Part shown: piece by piece, positions 48,917-57,948 of the stretch
Layout: each line of letters begins with the position of its first letter
Numbering within the stretch: position 1 is the stretch's first letter
Source of the DNA: an uncultured Acidobacteriota bacterium
GTDB lineage: Bacteria; Acidobacteriota; Thermoanaerobaculia; Multivoradales; SZUA-115
DNA length: 64,000 nt
Assembly: GCA_963805975.1 (NCBI GenBank)
Contig: CAWDVR010000001.1
Span: 448,001-512,000 of the forward strand
Direction of reading: 5' to 3'
Position numbers and translations under genes: made by a program
Notes under the pieces: generated by a model
Database searches by the model: none
The model's input: the letters and a program-made list of their open reading frames with translations, nothing else
Told to the model about the DNA's origin: nothing

Positions 48917-49134
48917 GCGACCGGCTGGAGGAGACCCGCCGCCGAGTGCAGGCGCGGCTGATGGAGATCGGCGACGCCGCGGACCACGAGGTGAAGAAGG
49001 CGCAGCGTGTGCGCGACGCCGCTCTCGCCGTGGTCGGCGTCCTGGGCGTGCTCTTCACCACCCGCAAGGTCGCCAAGGCGATCTCGGGCCGGAAGAGCAA
49101 GAAGGACGTGCCGAAGGCGCGCGGCAAGCGCTAG
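48913..49134 (+). CDS. Small basic membrane-anchored hypothetical protein
   Basis: ATGA overlap; MSDRLEETRRRVQARL...TM...Lys/Arg-rich tail. Confidence 0.6.
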   Translation: MSDRLEETRRRVQARLMEIGDAADHEVKKAQRVRDAALAVVGVLGVLFTTRKVAKAISGRKSKKDVPKARGKR

Positions 49135-49140
49135 GCGTTT

Positions 49141-49380
49141 TCAGCCCTCGATCGGCCGCTTGAAGATCATCGCCAGATTGTCGGTGGCGCCGGTCTTGAA
49201 GTTGACGGAAGTGAGGCCCACCAGCTCCCAGCCTTCTTCTCCCATCTCGTTGAGGAACTGGGCGGTGCTGCGTTCACCGGCGCCCTGGGCCGGGGGCGGC
49301 CAGATGCCGGAGCGGGCGTTGGGGTCCAGGCGGTAGTTCTCGCTGCGGGCGTTGACGATGCGGTACTCCCATTTCGTCAT
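49141..49380 (-). CDS. DUF4177 family protein
   Basis: MTKWEYRIV...LNEMGEEGWELV...IFKRP; GGAGG RBS. Confidence 0.85.
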   Translation of the reverse strand: MTKWEYRIVNARSENYRLDPNARSGIWPPPAQGAGERSTAQFLNEMGEEGWELVGLTSVNFKTGATDNLAMIFKRPIEG

Positions 49381-49464
49381 GTGTCGCACCTCCCCTTCCG
49401 TCCACGGCCGGCAGAGCCCGAAACCGGCCCCACCGCGCCTTCACGCCCTTCATTGTAGCCACAA

Positions 49465-50259
49465 TCACCTGCGCCGCAAGAGGATATGGACGGCCGCGCC
49501 GCGGCCAACCGCCCAGGCGTCGGCGAGCGAAGCGCCGCGCAGCGCGAGCTCCAGGGTGGCGAGCGAACCGGGCAGGACCGCGGCCTTGCCGGGTGCCATT
49601 TCGGCGTAATGCGTGGCCCGCCGCTCCGTGGCATGGCCTCCCACCCGCGCTTCCAGGGCGAGGGCGCCGTCGAGCCACCCCGAGGGGATGTCGGTCACCA
49701 GGTTGCCGTAGCGGTCCACGTGCGCGACGCGGCCCTCGAGGCGCGCATCCGAGCGCCGCGGCGACGCAGGTGCGAGCCGCATGGCGTCCTCGATCCGTGG
49801 CCCGAGCGCGGCGACCCCGCCTCCGTCGAGCAGGAACGCCGCCACCGGCGCGAAGCGGTCGCGGCCGTGAAACGTCGAGCCCCTGGTCCCGAGATCGGGG
49901 GCCTCGAGGTAAAGGTCCGGCCGCTCGACGGCGTACACGGCTCCGCTGGCGAGAAACGGTGTCGCGAGCCCGTTGTCCGGTGCCAGCAGCACGCCGTGCG
50001 GGGTCTCGACGGCCAGCATCCGGCGCGCGCTGCCGACGCCGGGATCGACCACCGCGAGATGGAGCACGCCCGGGGGAAAGCTGGGGAGCGCCGCGGCCAG
50101 GAAGAAGGCGCACTCTTCGACGTCGCCGGGCGGGATCTCGTGCGAGAGGTCGACGAGCTGCGTTCCGGGAGCCAGGCGCAGCACCGTGCCCTTGACTGCG
50201 GCCACGTAGTAGTCGCGGCTGCCGAAGTCGGTGGTCAGGGTCAGGATGCGCGCGGCCAC
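49465..50259 (-). CDS. SAM-dependent chlorinase/fluorinase superfamily protein (DUF62, SAM hydrolase-like)
   Basis: LTTDFG, HLAVVDPGVGSARR, APDNGL, STFHGRDRFAP, HVDRYGNLVT. Confidence 0.9.
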   Translation of the reverse strand: MAARILTLTTDFGSRDYYVAAVKGTVLRLAPGTQLVDLSHEIPPGDVEECAFFLAAALPSFPPGVLHLAVVDPGVGSARRMLAVETPHGVLLAPDNGLATPFLASGAVYAVERPDLYLEAPDLGTRGSTFHGRDRFAPVAAFLLDGGGVAALGPRIEDAMRLAPASPRRSDARLEGRVAHVDRYGNLVTDIPSGWLDGALALEARVGGHATERRATHYAEMAPGKAAVLPGSLATLELALRGASLADAWAVGRGAAVHILLRRR

Positions 50260-50275
50260 CGGGTATGATCCTTTC

Positions 50276-50935
50276 GTGTCGGATCGCTGTCTTCTCGTGT
50301 TCACCAAGCCGGCCCGCGCCGGGCGGGTCAAGACCCGTCTGATCGGCGATCTTACGCCGCACGAGGCGGCCGAGCTGCACCAGGCTTTCCTGGATGACGT
50401 GCTCGAACGGCTGGGCGCGGGCGCCTTCGATCTGCGGATCGCCTGGGCGCTCGACGACGGCGAGGAGCTGCCGCTCGCCGGGCCGCCGGGCGAGCGCCAG
50501 CAGGGCAACGACCTCGGCGAACGGCTGTTCCGAGCGCTGTCGGCGGCCGGCCGCCGCTATCCGCTGGTGGCGGCGGTGGGGAGCGATCACCCGACCTTGC
50601 CGCTCGCCCACGTGGAGCGGGCCTTCGATCTCCTCGCCCGCGACCGGGACGTGGTGCTGGGGCCGGCGGACGACGGTGGCTACTACCTGATCGCGGCACG
50701 GTCCGAGGCCCTCCGGCCGGCGCTCTTCTCGGGCGTGCCGTGGAGCACGGAGCAGGTGCTCGCGGAGACTCTCTCGCGTTGCCGAGCCTCGGGCCTCGAG
50801 GTCGAGCTCCTGCCCCCGGCGCGCGACGTCGACACGCCGGCCGACCTCGCGGCCCTGGCCGGCGCGCTGCTGGCGGGGGAGGACGGCTGCCCGCGCACGC
50901 GGCAGCTCCTGGGCTCCTGGGGGAGGCTCGGATGA
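50276..50935 (+). CDS. CofC-like/DUF2064 transferase (TIGR04282-like)
   Basis: VFTKPARAGRVKTRL, QQGNDLGERL, GSDHPTL, VVLGPADDGGYYLI, VPWST, DVDTPADL. Confidence 0.87.
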   Translation: MSDRCLLVFTKPARAGRVKTRLIGDLTPHEAAELHQAFLDDVLERLGAGAFDLRIAWALDDGEELPLAGPPGERQQGNDLGERLFRALSAAGRRYPLVAAVGSDHPTLPLAHVERAFDLLARDRDVVLGPADDGGYYLIAARSEALRPALFSGVPWSTEQVLAETLSRCRASGLEVELLPPARDVDTPADLAALAGALLAGEDGCPRTRQLLGSWGRLG

Positions 50936-52482
50936 AGATCCTCACCAGCGCCGCCATGCAGGCCGTGGACCGCCGGGCGATCGAGGAGATCGGCATCCCC
51001 TCCCTGGTGCTGATGGAGAACGCGGCCCTGGGCGTGGTCGAGGCGATCGCCGGCCACTTTCCCCGCGCGCAGTCGGTGGCGATCTTCTGTGGGCCCGGCA
51101 ACAACGGCGGCGACGGCCTGGCGGTGGCGCGGCACCTGGACGTGCGCGGCTACGAAGTGCGCCTCTTCCTGGCGACGGGCGGCAGGGACCTCGGCGGCGA
51201 CGCCGCCACGCAGCTCGAGATCTGCCGGCGCTCGGGGCTCGAGGTCGTCGAGATCCTGGACTCGGCCGGTGTGGACGCCGTGCTCGCCGAGGTCCACGGC
51301 TGCGATTTGGCGGTCGACGCCCTCTTCGGCACCGGCCTCGGACGGCCGCTCGAGGGACTGTTCGCCGAATTGGTGGCGGCCTTGAACACTCTGACCGTGC
51401 CAATTCTCGCCGTCGATCTGCCGAGCGGTCTCGACGGCTCGCGCGCCGAGCTCATCGGGCCCTGCGTAGAGGCCGGGCTGACCGTGACCTTCGCCGCGCC
51501 CAAGATCGCGCACGTGTTTCCTCCCGCTGCTCGCGCGGTGGGAGAGCTGGCAGTCGCGGACCTCGGCATTCCGGCCTTCCTGGTGGAGGAGGCCGAGGGC
51601 GATCTCTCGCTGCTCTCGGCTGAAGAGGTGGCGGGGCTCCTGCCGCGCCGGCGGGAGGACAGCCACAAGGGCGATCACGGCCACGTGCTCGTCGTGGCCG
51701 GGGGGCCGGGGAGGGCCGGCGCGGCCATCCTGGCGGCGCGGGCCGCGGTGGCCTCTGGCGCGGGCCTGGTGACGGCGGCCGTGCCGGCGCCGATCGCGTC
51801 CACGGTGGACGGCGGCTCGATCGAGTCCATGACCCTGAGCCTCCCGGCCCAGGCCGATGGCGAGCTGGCCGCCGCCGCCGCCGCGGCCGTGCTCGCTGCT
51901 TGCGAAGGAAAAGACGTCGTGGCGCTCGGCCCCGGCCTGGGCCGGAGCGAGGGCGCCGAGGCCGCCATCCGCGAGATCGCGGCGGCCTGCCCGCTGCCGC
52001 TGGTGCTCGACGCCGACGGCCTCAACGCTTTCGCCGGCCGGCTGGCGGACCTCGCGGCGCGCCCGGCGCCGACGGTGCTGACCCCTCATCCCGGCGAGAT
52101 GGCGCGGCTCCTGGGTCTGACCACGGCCGAGGTGCAGGCCGACCGGCCGGCCGCGGTACGCCGGGCAGCGGAGCTCTCCGGCGCGGTGGTGGTGCTCAAG
52201 GGCCATCTCACGCTGATCGCCGTCGCGGGCGGCGTGCGGGTCAACCCGACCGGCGGCCCGGCGATGGCGAGCGGTGGCAGCGGCGACGTACTGACCGGTA
52301 TGATCGCCGCCCTCCTGGCGCAGGGTCTGGCGGCCGAGGAGGCGGCCGCGGCCGGCGTCTTTCTGCACGGCCTGGCCGGCGACCGGCTGGCGGCTGATTC
52401 CTCGCGTTTCGCGCTGGCGGTCCCGGCGGCCGAGCTCGCGGCCGAGGTGCCGGCGGCGCTCGCGGCTCTCTCCCGCTCATGA
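50932..52482 (+). CDS. nnr: Bifunctional NAD(P)H-hydrate epimerase/dehydratase
   Basis: LMENAA, GPGNNGGDG, VDALFGTG, DSHKGDHG, DADGLN, TPHPGEMARL, GGSGDVLTG. Confidence 0.94.
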   Translation: MKILTSAAMQAVDRRAIEEIGIPSLVLMENAALGVVEAIAGHFPRAQSVAIFCGPGNNGGDGLAVARHLDVRGYEVRLFLATGGRDLGGDAATQLEICRRSGLEVVEILDSAGVDAVLAEVHGCDLAVDALFGTGLGRPLEGLFAELVAALNTLTVPILAVDLPSGLDGSRAELIGPCVEAGLTVTFAAPKIAHVFPPAARAVGELAVADLGIPAFLVEEAEGDLSLLSAEEVAGLLPRRREDSHKGDHGHVLVVAGGPGRAGAAILAARAAVASGAGLVTAAVPAPIASTVDGGSIESMTLSLPAQADGELAAAAAAAVLAACEGKDVVALGPGLGRSEGAEAAIREIAAACPLPLVLDADGLNAFAGRLADLAARPAPTVLTPHPGEMARLLGLTTAEVQADRPAAVRRAAELSGAVVVLKGHLTLIAVAGGVRVNPTGGPAMASGGSGDVLTGMIAALLAQGLAAEEAAAAGVFLHGLAGDRLAADSSRFALAVPAAELAAEVPAALAALSRS

Positions 52483-52919
52483 GCGCGGCGGAGCCGGGGG
52501 CGGCCAGGGTCTGGAGGAGCGCCTCCGAAGAAGAGACGCGCGCCCTGGGCGCCCGGCTCGCGGCCGAGCTCCTGCCGCGCGGCGTGCTGCTGCTCGAGGG
52601 TGATCTCGGCACCGGCAAGACGGTCCTGGCGCAGGGCATCGCGGCCGGGCTCGGCATCGATCCGCGGCAGGTGCAGTCGCCGACCTACACGCTGATTCGC
52701 GAGCACCAGGGGTCTGGGGGACGGCTGGTTCACGCTGATCTCTACCGCCTGGAGCCGGAGGAGGCCGCGGGCCTGGGCCTCGAGGAGCTGGTGACGGGCG
52801 AGGCCGTGGTGGTCGTCGAGTGGGCGGAGCGCCTGCCCTTCGCGCTCCCCGGCGCGCGGCGGATTCGCCTGACACGCCTGCCTGCCGGCGGGCGCGAGAT
52901 CGTGGAAACCAACCAATGA
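52479..52919 (+). CDS. tsaE: tRNA t6A biosynthesis ATPase
   Basis: GDLGTGKT, VQSPTYTL, HADLYRL, VEWAE. Confidence 0.93.
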   Translation: MSAAEPGAARVWRSASEEETRALGARLAAELLPRGVLLLEGDLGTGKTVLAQGIAAGLGIDPRQVQSPTYTLIREHQGSGGRLVHADLYRLEPEEAAGLGLEELVTGEAVVVVEWAERLPFALPGARRIRLTRLPAGGREIVETNQ

Positions 52920-52942
52920 GTACCGAGACTGGAGATACAGGA

Positions 52943-53800
52943 ATGACGATCAAGAAAGTGGGAGTGCTCGGCTGCGGCCTGATGGGCTCCGGCATCGCCG
53001 AGGTGGCGGCCAAGGCGGGCTACGTCACGGTGGTGCGCGAGGTGAACGAGGAGTTCCTGGGTAAGGGCCTATCGAAGATCCAGGGCTCGCTCGCCAAGGC
53101 GGTGGAGAAGGGCAAGCTCGACGCCGAGGGCAGGGACAAGGCGCTCGCCAACCTGAGCGGCACGATGGACTTTTCCGGCCTCGCGGACTGCGACCTGGTG
53201 GTCGAGGCGATCATCGAGAACGTGGAGGAGAAGCAGCGCACCTACCAGGCGCTCGAGGCGGCGGTGCAGGAGAGCGCCATCTTTGCCAGCAACACCTCCT
53301 CGCTCACCATCACGCAGCTCGCCATGGCGACGAAACGGCCGGACCGCTTCGTGGGCCTGCACTTCTTCAACCCGGTTCCGGTGATGAAGCTGGTGGAGGT
53401 GGTACGCACGCTCCTGACCTCGGACGAGGCCTTCGGGGCGACCTTCGACTGGGTGCGCTCGCTGGGCAAAGAGCCGGTCGCGGCGCGCGACAACTCGGGC
53501 TTCATCGTCAACCGGCTGCTGGTGCCGTACCTGCTCGACGCGATCCGCGCCTACGAGGAGGGCGTGGGCTCGGTGGAGGACATCGACAAGGGCATGCAGC
53601 TCGGCTGCGGCTACCCGATGGGGCCCTTCACGCTGCTCGATTTCGTGGGCCTGGACACCACCTACTACATCGCCAACATCATGTTCGAGGAGTACCGCGA
53701 GAAGCGCTTCGCACCGCCGCCGCTCCTGAAGCAGATGGTGCTGGCGGGAAGGCTGGGCAAGAAGAGCGGGCGCGGGTTCTACGACTACGGGAAGAAGTAG
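52943..53800 (+). CDS. 3-hydroxybutyryl-CoA dehydrogenase (alternative start 52916)
   Basis: GCGLMGSGIA, VEAIIEN, ASNTSS, GLHFFNPVPVM, GFIVNR, PMGPF. Confidence 0.92.
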   Translation: MTIKKVGVLGCGLMGSGIAEVAAKAGYVTVVREVNEEFLGKGLSKIQGSLAKAVEKGKLDAEGRDKALANLSGTMDFSGLADCDLVVEAIIENVEEKQRTYQALEAAVQESAIFASNTSSLTITQLAMATKRPDRFVGLHFFNPVPVMKLVEVVRTLLTSDEAFGATFDWVRSLGKEPVAARDNSGFIVNRLLVPYLLDAIRAYEEGVGSVEDIDKGMQLGCGYPMGPFTLLDFVGLDTTYYIANIMFEEYREKRFAPPPLLKQMVLAGRLGKKSGRGFYDYGKK

Positions 53801-53908
53801 GGGCGGGCGAGGGCGAAACGGGGAGAGGCTGGGGAAGGCCCACCATGGGCCACGGTGCTATGCTCGGCCCCTTCGCGCGCCGCCTGCCGGGGCGCGCCCT
53901 CCAAAGCG

Positions 53909-54925
53909 ATGACCAGCCTTACCCTCGCCGAGCAGGGCATCGAGACCCTTTTCGGCGTCCAGGACGAGAACCTCCGCCGCATCGAGCGCGCCTTCGGCGT
54001 GGCGATCGCCGCCCGTGGCTCGGAGCTCAAGATCACCGGCGACCCGGCCGGCATCGAGGCGGCGGAGCGCCTGCTGCGGGAGCTGGTGCAGCTCCTCGAG
54101 CAGGGCTATCGCTTCCGCCCCGGCGACGTCGCCACCGCCGTCCGCGTGGCGAGCGAAGAACCCGGGACCTCGCTACTCAGCTTTTTCCTGCCGGAAGGCC
54201 CGCTCGCCGCGGTGCGCCGGCTGGTGGCGCCGCGGAGCGTCCGCCAGCAGGACTACCTGCAGGCGATGCTCGACTACGACATGGTGATCTCGATCGGCCC
54301 GGCCGGCACCGGCAAGACCTACCTCGCCGTGGCCATGGCGGCTGCCGCGCTCAACGAGAAGCGCGCCAAGCGCATCGTGCTGGCGCGGCCGGCGGTCGAG
54401 GCGGGCGAGAAGCTCGGCTTCCTGCCCGGTGACTTGGCGGAGAAGGTCAACCCCTACCTGCGGCCCCTCCACGACGCGCTCTACGACCTGATCGGCTACG
54501 AGAAGGTGGGCCGCATGATGGAGCGGGGGATCATCGAGGTGGCGCCGCTCGCCTTCATGCGCGGGCGGACCCTCAACGACAGCTTCATCATCATGGACGA
54601 AGCCCAGAACACCACCAGCGAGCAGATGAAGATGTTCCTGACCCGCATCGGCTTCAACTCCAAGGCGGTGATCAACGGCGACGTCACCCAGGTCGACCTG
54701 CCGGCCGGCAAGCCCTCGGGCCTCGCCGAGGCGCGGCAGGTGCTGGCCGGGGTGGAGGGCATCAAGTTCGTGGAGTTCGACCAGCGCGACGTGGTGCGGC
54801 ACAATCTGGTGCAGAAGATCATCACCGCGTACGGCCGCTGGGACCAGGCGAAGCAGGCCCACGCGGCGGGGGGGCGCGAGCCGGCAGGGGCTCCACCGTC
54901 CGCCGCCGGCCCCTCGTCGCCCTGA
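53909..54925 (+). CDS. phoH: PhoH family ATPase (YbeZ-like)
   Basis: [48 protein letters not shown]. Confidence 0.93.
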   Translation: MTSLTLAEQGIETLFGVQDENLRRIERAFGVAIAARGSELKITGDPAGIEAAERLLRELVQLLEQGYRFRPGDVATAVRVASEEPGTSLLSFFLPEGPLAAVRRLVAPRSVRQQDYLQAMLDYDMVISIGPAGTGKTYLAVAMAAAALNEKRAKRIVLARPAVEAGEKLGFLPGDLAEKVNPYLRPLHDALYDLIGYEKVGRMMERGIIEVAPLAFMRGRTLNDSFIIMDEAQNTTSEQMKMFLTRIGFNSKAVINGDVTQVDLPAGKPSGLAEARQVLAGVEGIKFVEFDQRDVVRHNLVQKIITAYGRWDQAKQAHAAGGREPAGAPPSAAGPSSP

Positions 54926-54990
54926 GCGGAACGAAGGATCGAGACGAAGCTGCCCGCGCCGGCAGATCCTTCGCTGCGCTCAGGATGACA
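54915..54990. repeat. Family C repeat, inverted pair; the first (degenerate) copy contains the phoH stop
   Basis: CGTCGCCCTGAGCGGAACGAAGGATC (54915-54940) and AGATCCTTCGCTGCGCTCAGGATGACA (54964-54990). Confidence 0.8.
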
Positions 54991-55025
54991 GTCGGTATTT
55001 GCGAATCGCGATAGCGAGCGCAGCC

Positions 55026-57404
55026 ATGGCGAGAGCCGAGGACCGGTTCAAGAGGCACCCCACCGAGGAGGTGCGGGCGGTGGCCCGCCGTCGGCCCCGG
55101 CGGTTGCGGCGTTGGGTGGCGCGGCGTTGGGGCCGCCTGCTCGAGTCGTCGTGGCTGTTCCTCGCTGGCTTCCTGGTCGCCGGCGCCGCCTCCCTCCTGC
55201 CCTGGAGTGCCCTCTTCGCGCCGCGGATCGAGGCCGGGGCCATCGCCGGCCGCGACTTCATCGCCCCGCGCGACCTGCTGCTCCCCGACGACGAGAGCAC
55301 CCTCGCCCGCCAGCAGAAGGCGCGCGACGAGGTGCTGCCGGTCTACGACTTCGACCCCCGGCCCGAGGTCGCGGGCCGGCTCGGGGAGCTCTTCGCGGCG
55401 GGCCGGGCGCTGCTGCCGGGCGAGGGCGCGGCGCGGCTGCGGGGCGACCCGGCGACGCCGGCCCGGGTCGAGGCCCTGGTGCCCGCCACCACGCTCAAGA
55501 TCACGCCGGGCCAGGCGGCGCTCCTGCTGCGTACCGGCCTCACCCCGGAGCTCGAAGATCGCGTGCGCGGCCTCGCCTCGCAGGTCGCCCGCCGCGGCGT
55601 CGCGCTGGGCAAGAGCGAGCTCCTGGAGAACCGCCTGCGCGGCATCTCGCTGCGCAACCTGGCGACCGGCTTCGAGGCGCCGAGCCTGGATCTCTACGAC
55701 TACCTCGGCTACCCGGACGAGGTGCGGGACCAGGTGGAGACCGAGGTGCGGGCCTGGCCCGGCTTGAGCGGCAGCGAGGGCCGGCTCCTGGCGCTCTTCC
55801 TGACCACCAACCTGGGCCCCAACCTGCACTTCAACCAGAGCGAGACGCTGCTGCGGCAGGAGGCGGCGGCGCTCGCCGCGCCGCCGAGCTTCACCCGCGT
55901 GCGCCAGGGCCAGGTGATCGCCCGGAAAGGCGATCAGCTCGACCCGGCGGCGGTGCGGGTGATCGGCTCCTACCAGAGCGCCGACGCGCCCTCGTGGTGG
56001 CAGTCGCTGCAGCTCGCCGGGGTCCTGGCCCTCCTCGCGGGGGCGGCCTTCGTCGCCTGGCTGTCGCTCGCCAGCGAGCGGGTGGAGCACCGGAGCCGAC
56101 GGCGCCTGTGGAGCGAGTCGCTGCTGCTCCTGGGGGCGAGCCTGGTCCTGGCGCGGCTGGGCCTGGTGATCGCCGAGGCCCTGGCCGGTTCGTTCGACGG
56201 GCCTCCCCTGACCTCGGCCCGCGCCTTCACCTTTGCCGTGCCCTTCGCCACCCTGGGCCTGCTGGCGGCCCTGCTCTTCGGCCGCGCCCGGGCGCTGACC
56301 CTGGCGCCGGTCTTCTCCCTCCTGGTCGCCTGGCTGGCCGGCGCCGAGGGCCTGTGGATGGCGCTCCTCGCCCTGGCGGGAAACCTGGCGGCGATCTACT
56401 CGCTCGATCCCTACCAGGTCAAGCAGCGGCTGGTGATGACGCGCTCCGGCGTGGTGGTCGGCGCGGTCAATGCCGGTCTGGTGCTGGTGCTGCGCGCCCT
56501 GGGGCAGGGCTGGTCGGGCGGCCTCGTGCAGGTCTCTTTCGAGCTCGTCTGCGCGGTCGCCGGCGGCCTCCTGGCGGCGGCCATCGCGAGCTTCGCCCTG
56601 CCGCTCTTCGAGGCCGCCTACGGCCTCGCCACCGACATCAAGCTCGCCGAGCTGGCCAACACCAACCTGCCGCTCCTGCGCCGGCTGGCCTACGAGGCGC
56701 CGGGCACCTTCCAGCACTCGCTGATGGTGGCGAACCTCGCCAAGCAGGCCTCGGAGGAGATCGGCGCCGACGCACCGCTCGCCTACACCGCCGGCCTCTA
56801 CCACGACGTGGGCAAGCTCCTGCGGCCGGACTACTTCGTCGAGAACCAGCGGCCGGGCGCCAACCCGCACGACAAGCTGCAACCGACGATGAGCGCGCTG
56901 ATCCTCGTCAACCACATCAAGGACGGCCGCGAGCTGGCGCGCGAGCACCACCTGCCGCAGGCCCTGGTGGACGCCATCGAGCAGCACCACGGTACGCGCC
57001 TCATCAAGTACTTCTACGGCCGCGCCGCCGCGCAGCGGGAGAGAGGGACAGGGGAGCTGCCGGAGGAGGCGTTCCGCTATCCCGGCCCCCGGCCGCAGAG
57101 CAAGGTGATGGGAGTGCTGATGCTGGCCGACGCGGTCGAGGCCGCGAGCCGCACCCTCGTCGACCTCACCGTGCCCAAGGTGCGCACTCTGATCCGCACC
57201 ATCGTCGAGGACTGCCTGCAGGATCGCCAGCTCGACGAGACCGATCTGACGCTCGCCGACCTGGCGCGGGTCTCCGAGTCCTTCCTGCGGGTGCTGACCA
57301 CGATCTTCCACCAGCGCGTGGACTACCCCGGATTCGACTTCAACGCCGAGCCGCGCGAGAAGCGGCCGGCGAAGGTGATCCCGCTGGCTCAGGTGCGGCC
57401 ATAG
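55026..57404 (+). CDS. 7TM-HD phosphohydrolase (PgpH-like putative c-di-AMP phosphodiesterase)
   Basis: Extracellular domain, multiple TMs, EAPGTFQHS, YHDVGK, YFVENQ, HHGT, FRYPGPRP, MLADAVEAA. Confidence 0.9.
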   Translation: MARAEDRFKRHPTEEVRAVARRRPRRLRRWVARRWGRLLESSWLFLAGFLVAGAASLLPWSALFAPRIEAGAIAGRDFIAPRDLLLPDDESTLARQQKARDEVLPVYDFDPRPEVAGRLGELFAAGRALLPGEGAARLRGDPATPARVEALVPATTLKITPGQAALLLRTGLTPELEDRVRGLASQVARRGVALGKSELLENRLRGISLRNLATGFEAPSLDLYDYLGYPDEVRDQVETEVRAWPGLSGSEGRLLALFLTTNLGPNLHFNQSETLLRQEAAALAAPPSFTRVRQGQVIARKGDQLDPAAVRVIGSYQSADAPSWWQSLQLAGVLALLAGAAFVAWLSLASERVEHRSRRRLWSESLLLLGASLVLARLGLVIAEALAGSFDGPPLTSARAFTFAVPFATLGLLAALLFGRARALTLAPVFSLLVAWLAGAEGLWMALLALAGNLAAIYSLDPYQVKQRLVMTRSGVVVGAVNAGLVLVLRALGQGWSGGLVQVSFELVCAVAGGLLAAAIASFALPLFEAAYGLATDIKLAELANTNLPLLRRLAYEAPGTFQHSLMVANLAKQASEEIGADAPLAYTAGLYHDVGKLLRPDYFVENQRPGANPHDKLQPTMSALILVNHIKDGRELAREHHLPQALVDAIEQHHGTRLIKYFYGRAAAQRERGTGELPEEAFRYPGPRPQSKVMGVLMLADAVEAASRTLVDLTVPKVRTLIRTIVEDCLQDRQLDETDLTLADLARVSESFLRVLTTIFHQRVDYPGFDFNAEPREKRPAKVIPLAQVRP

Positions 57405-57502
57405 CCCAACCGCGATACACTGCCGGCTACTCGACCGATCCCGGCCGTCCCCCTGTTCTCACGTTGAGCGCCAACCCTTCCCCTGCCTCCGGCTCCGCGA
57501 GC

Positions 57503-57946
57503 GTGCCTTCCGAGCGCACGCCGCCCGAGGTGACGATCCAGAACCCCTGCCAGTACCGCGAAGCGGGCGCCCGGCGGCTGCGCCCGTGGCTGGTGGAGAT
57601 GGTCGGCTCGCTGGTGGAGGCCGCCCCGAGCTTCGTCGTGCGCTTCGTCAGCGATCGCGAGATGCGCCAGCTCAACCGCCTGTATCGCAACCTGGACAAG
57701 ACCACCGACGTGCTCTCCTTCCCCGGCGAGGACAGCCCCGAGGGCGACCATCTGGGCGACGTGGTGATCTCGGTGCCCACGGCGCGCCAGCAGGCCCACC
57801 GGGCCGGCCACGCCATCGAGACCGAGCTCAGGGTCCTCATCCTCCACGGCCTGCTCCACTGCCTGGGCCACGACCACGAGACCGATGACGGCGAGATGAC
57901 GGCCTTGGAGCAGAAGCTCCGCCGGCAGTGGGTTCACCATGCCTGA
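57503..57946 (+). CDS. ybeY: rRNA maturation RNase YbeY (start approximate)
   Basis: LNRLYRNLDKTTDVLSFP, LGDVVIS, HGLLHCLGHDH. Confidence 0.92.
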   Translation: MPSERTPPEVTIQNPCQYREAGARRLRPWLVEMVGSLVEAAPSFVVRFVSDREMRQLNRLYRNLDKTTDVLSFPGEDSPEGDHLGDVVISVPTARQQAHRAGHAIETELRVLILHGLLHCLGHDHETDDGEMTALEQKLRRQWVHHA

Positions 57947-57948
57947 AT

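Noticed and set aside
48458-49134. Holin-like gene as evidence of a prophage
   Set aside because: No endolysin, integrase or structural genes nearby; this family is commonly chromosomal
49465-50259. Halogenase (fluorinase/chlorinase) biosynthetic locus
   Set aside because: Housekeeping context and DUF62-type motifs; no biosynthetic cluster nearby
53801-53841. Possible degenerate family A remnant after the dehydrogenase
   Set aside because: Only a partial G-rich half without a pairing arm
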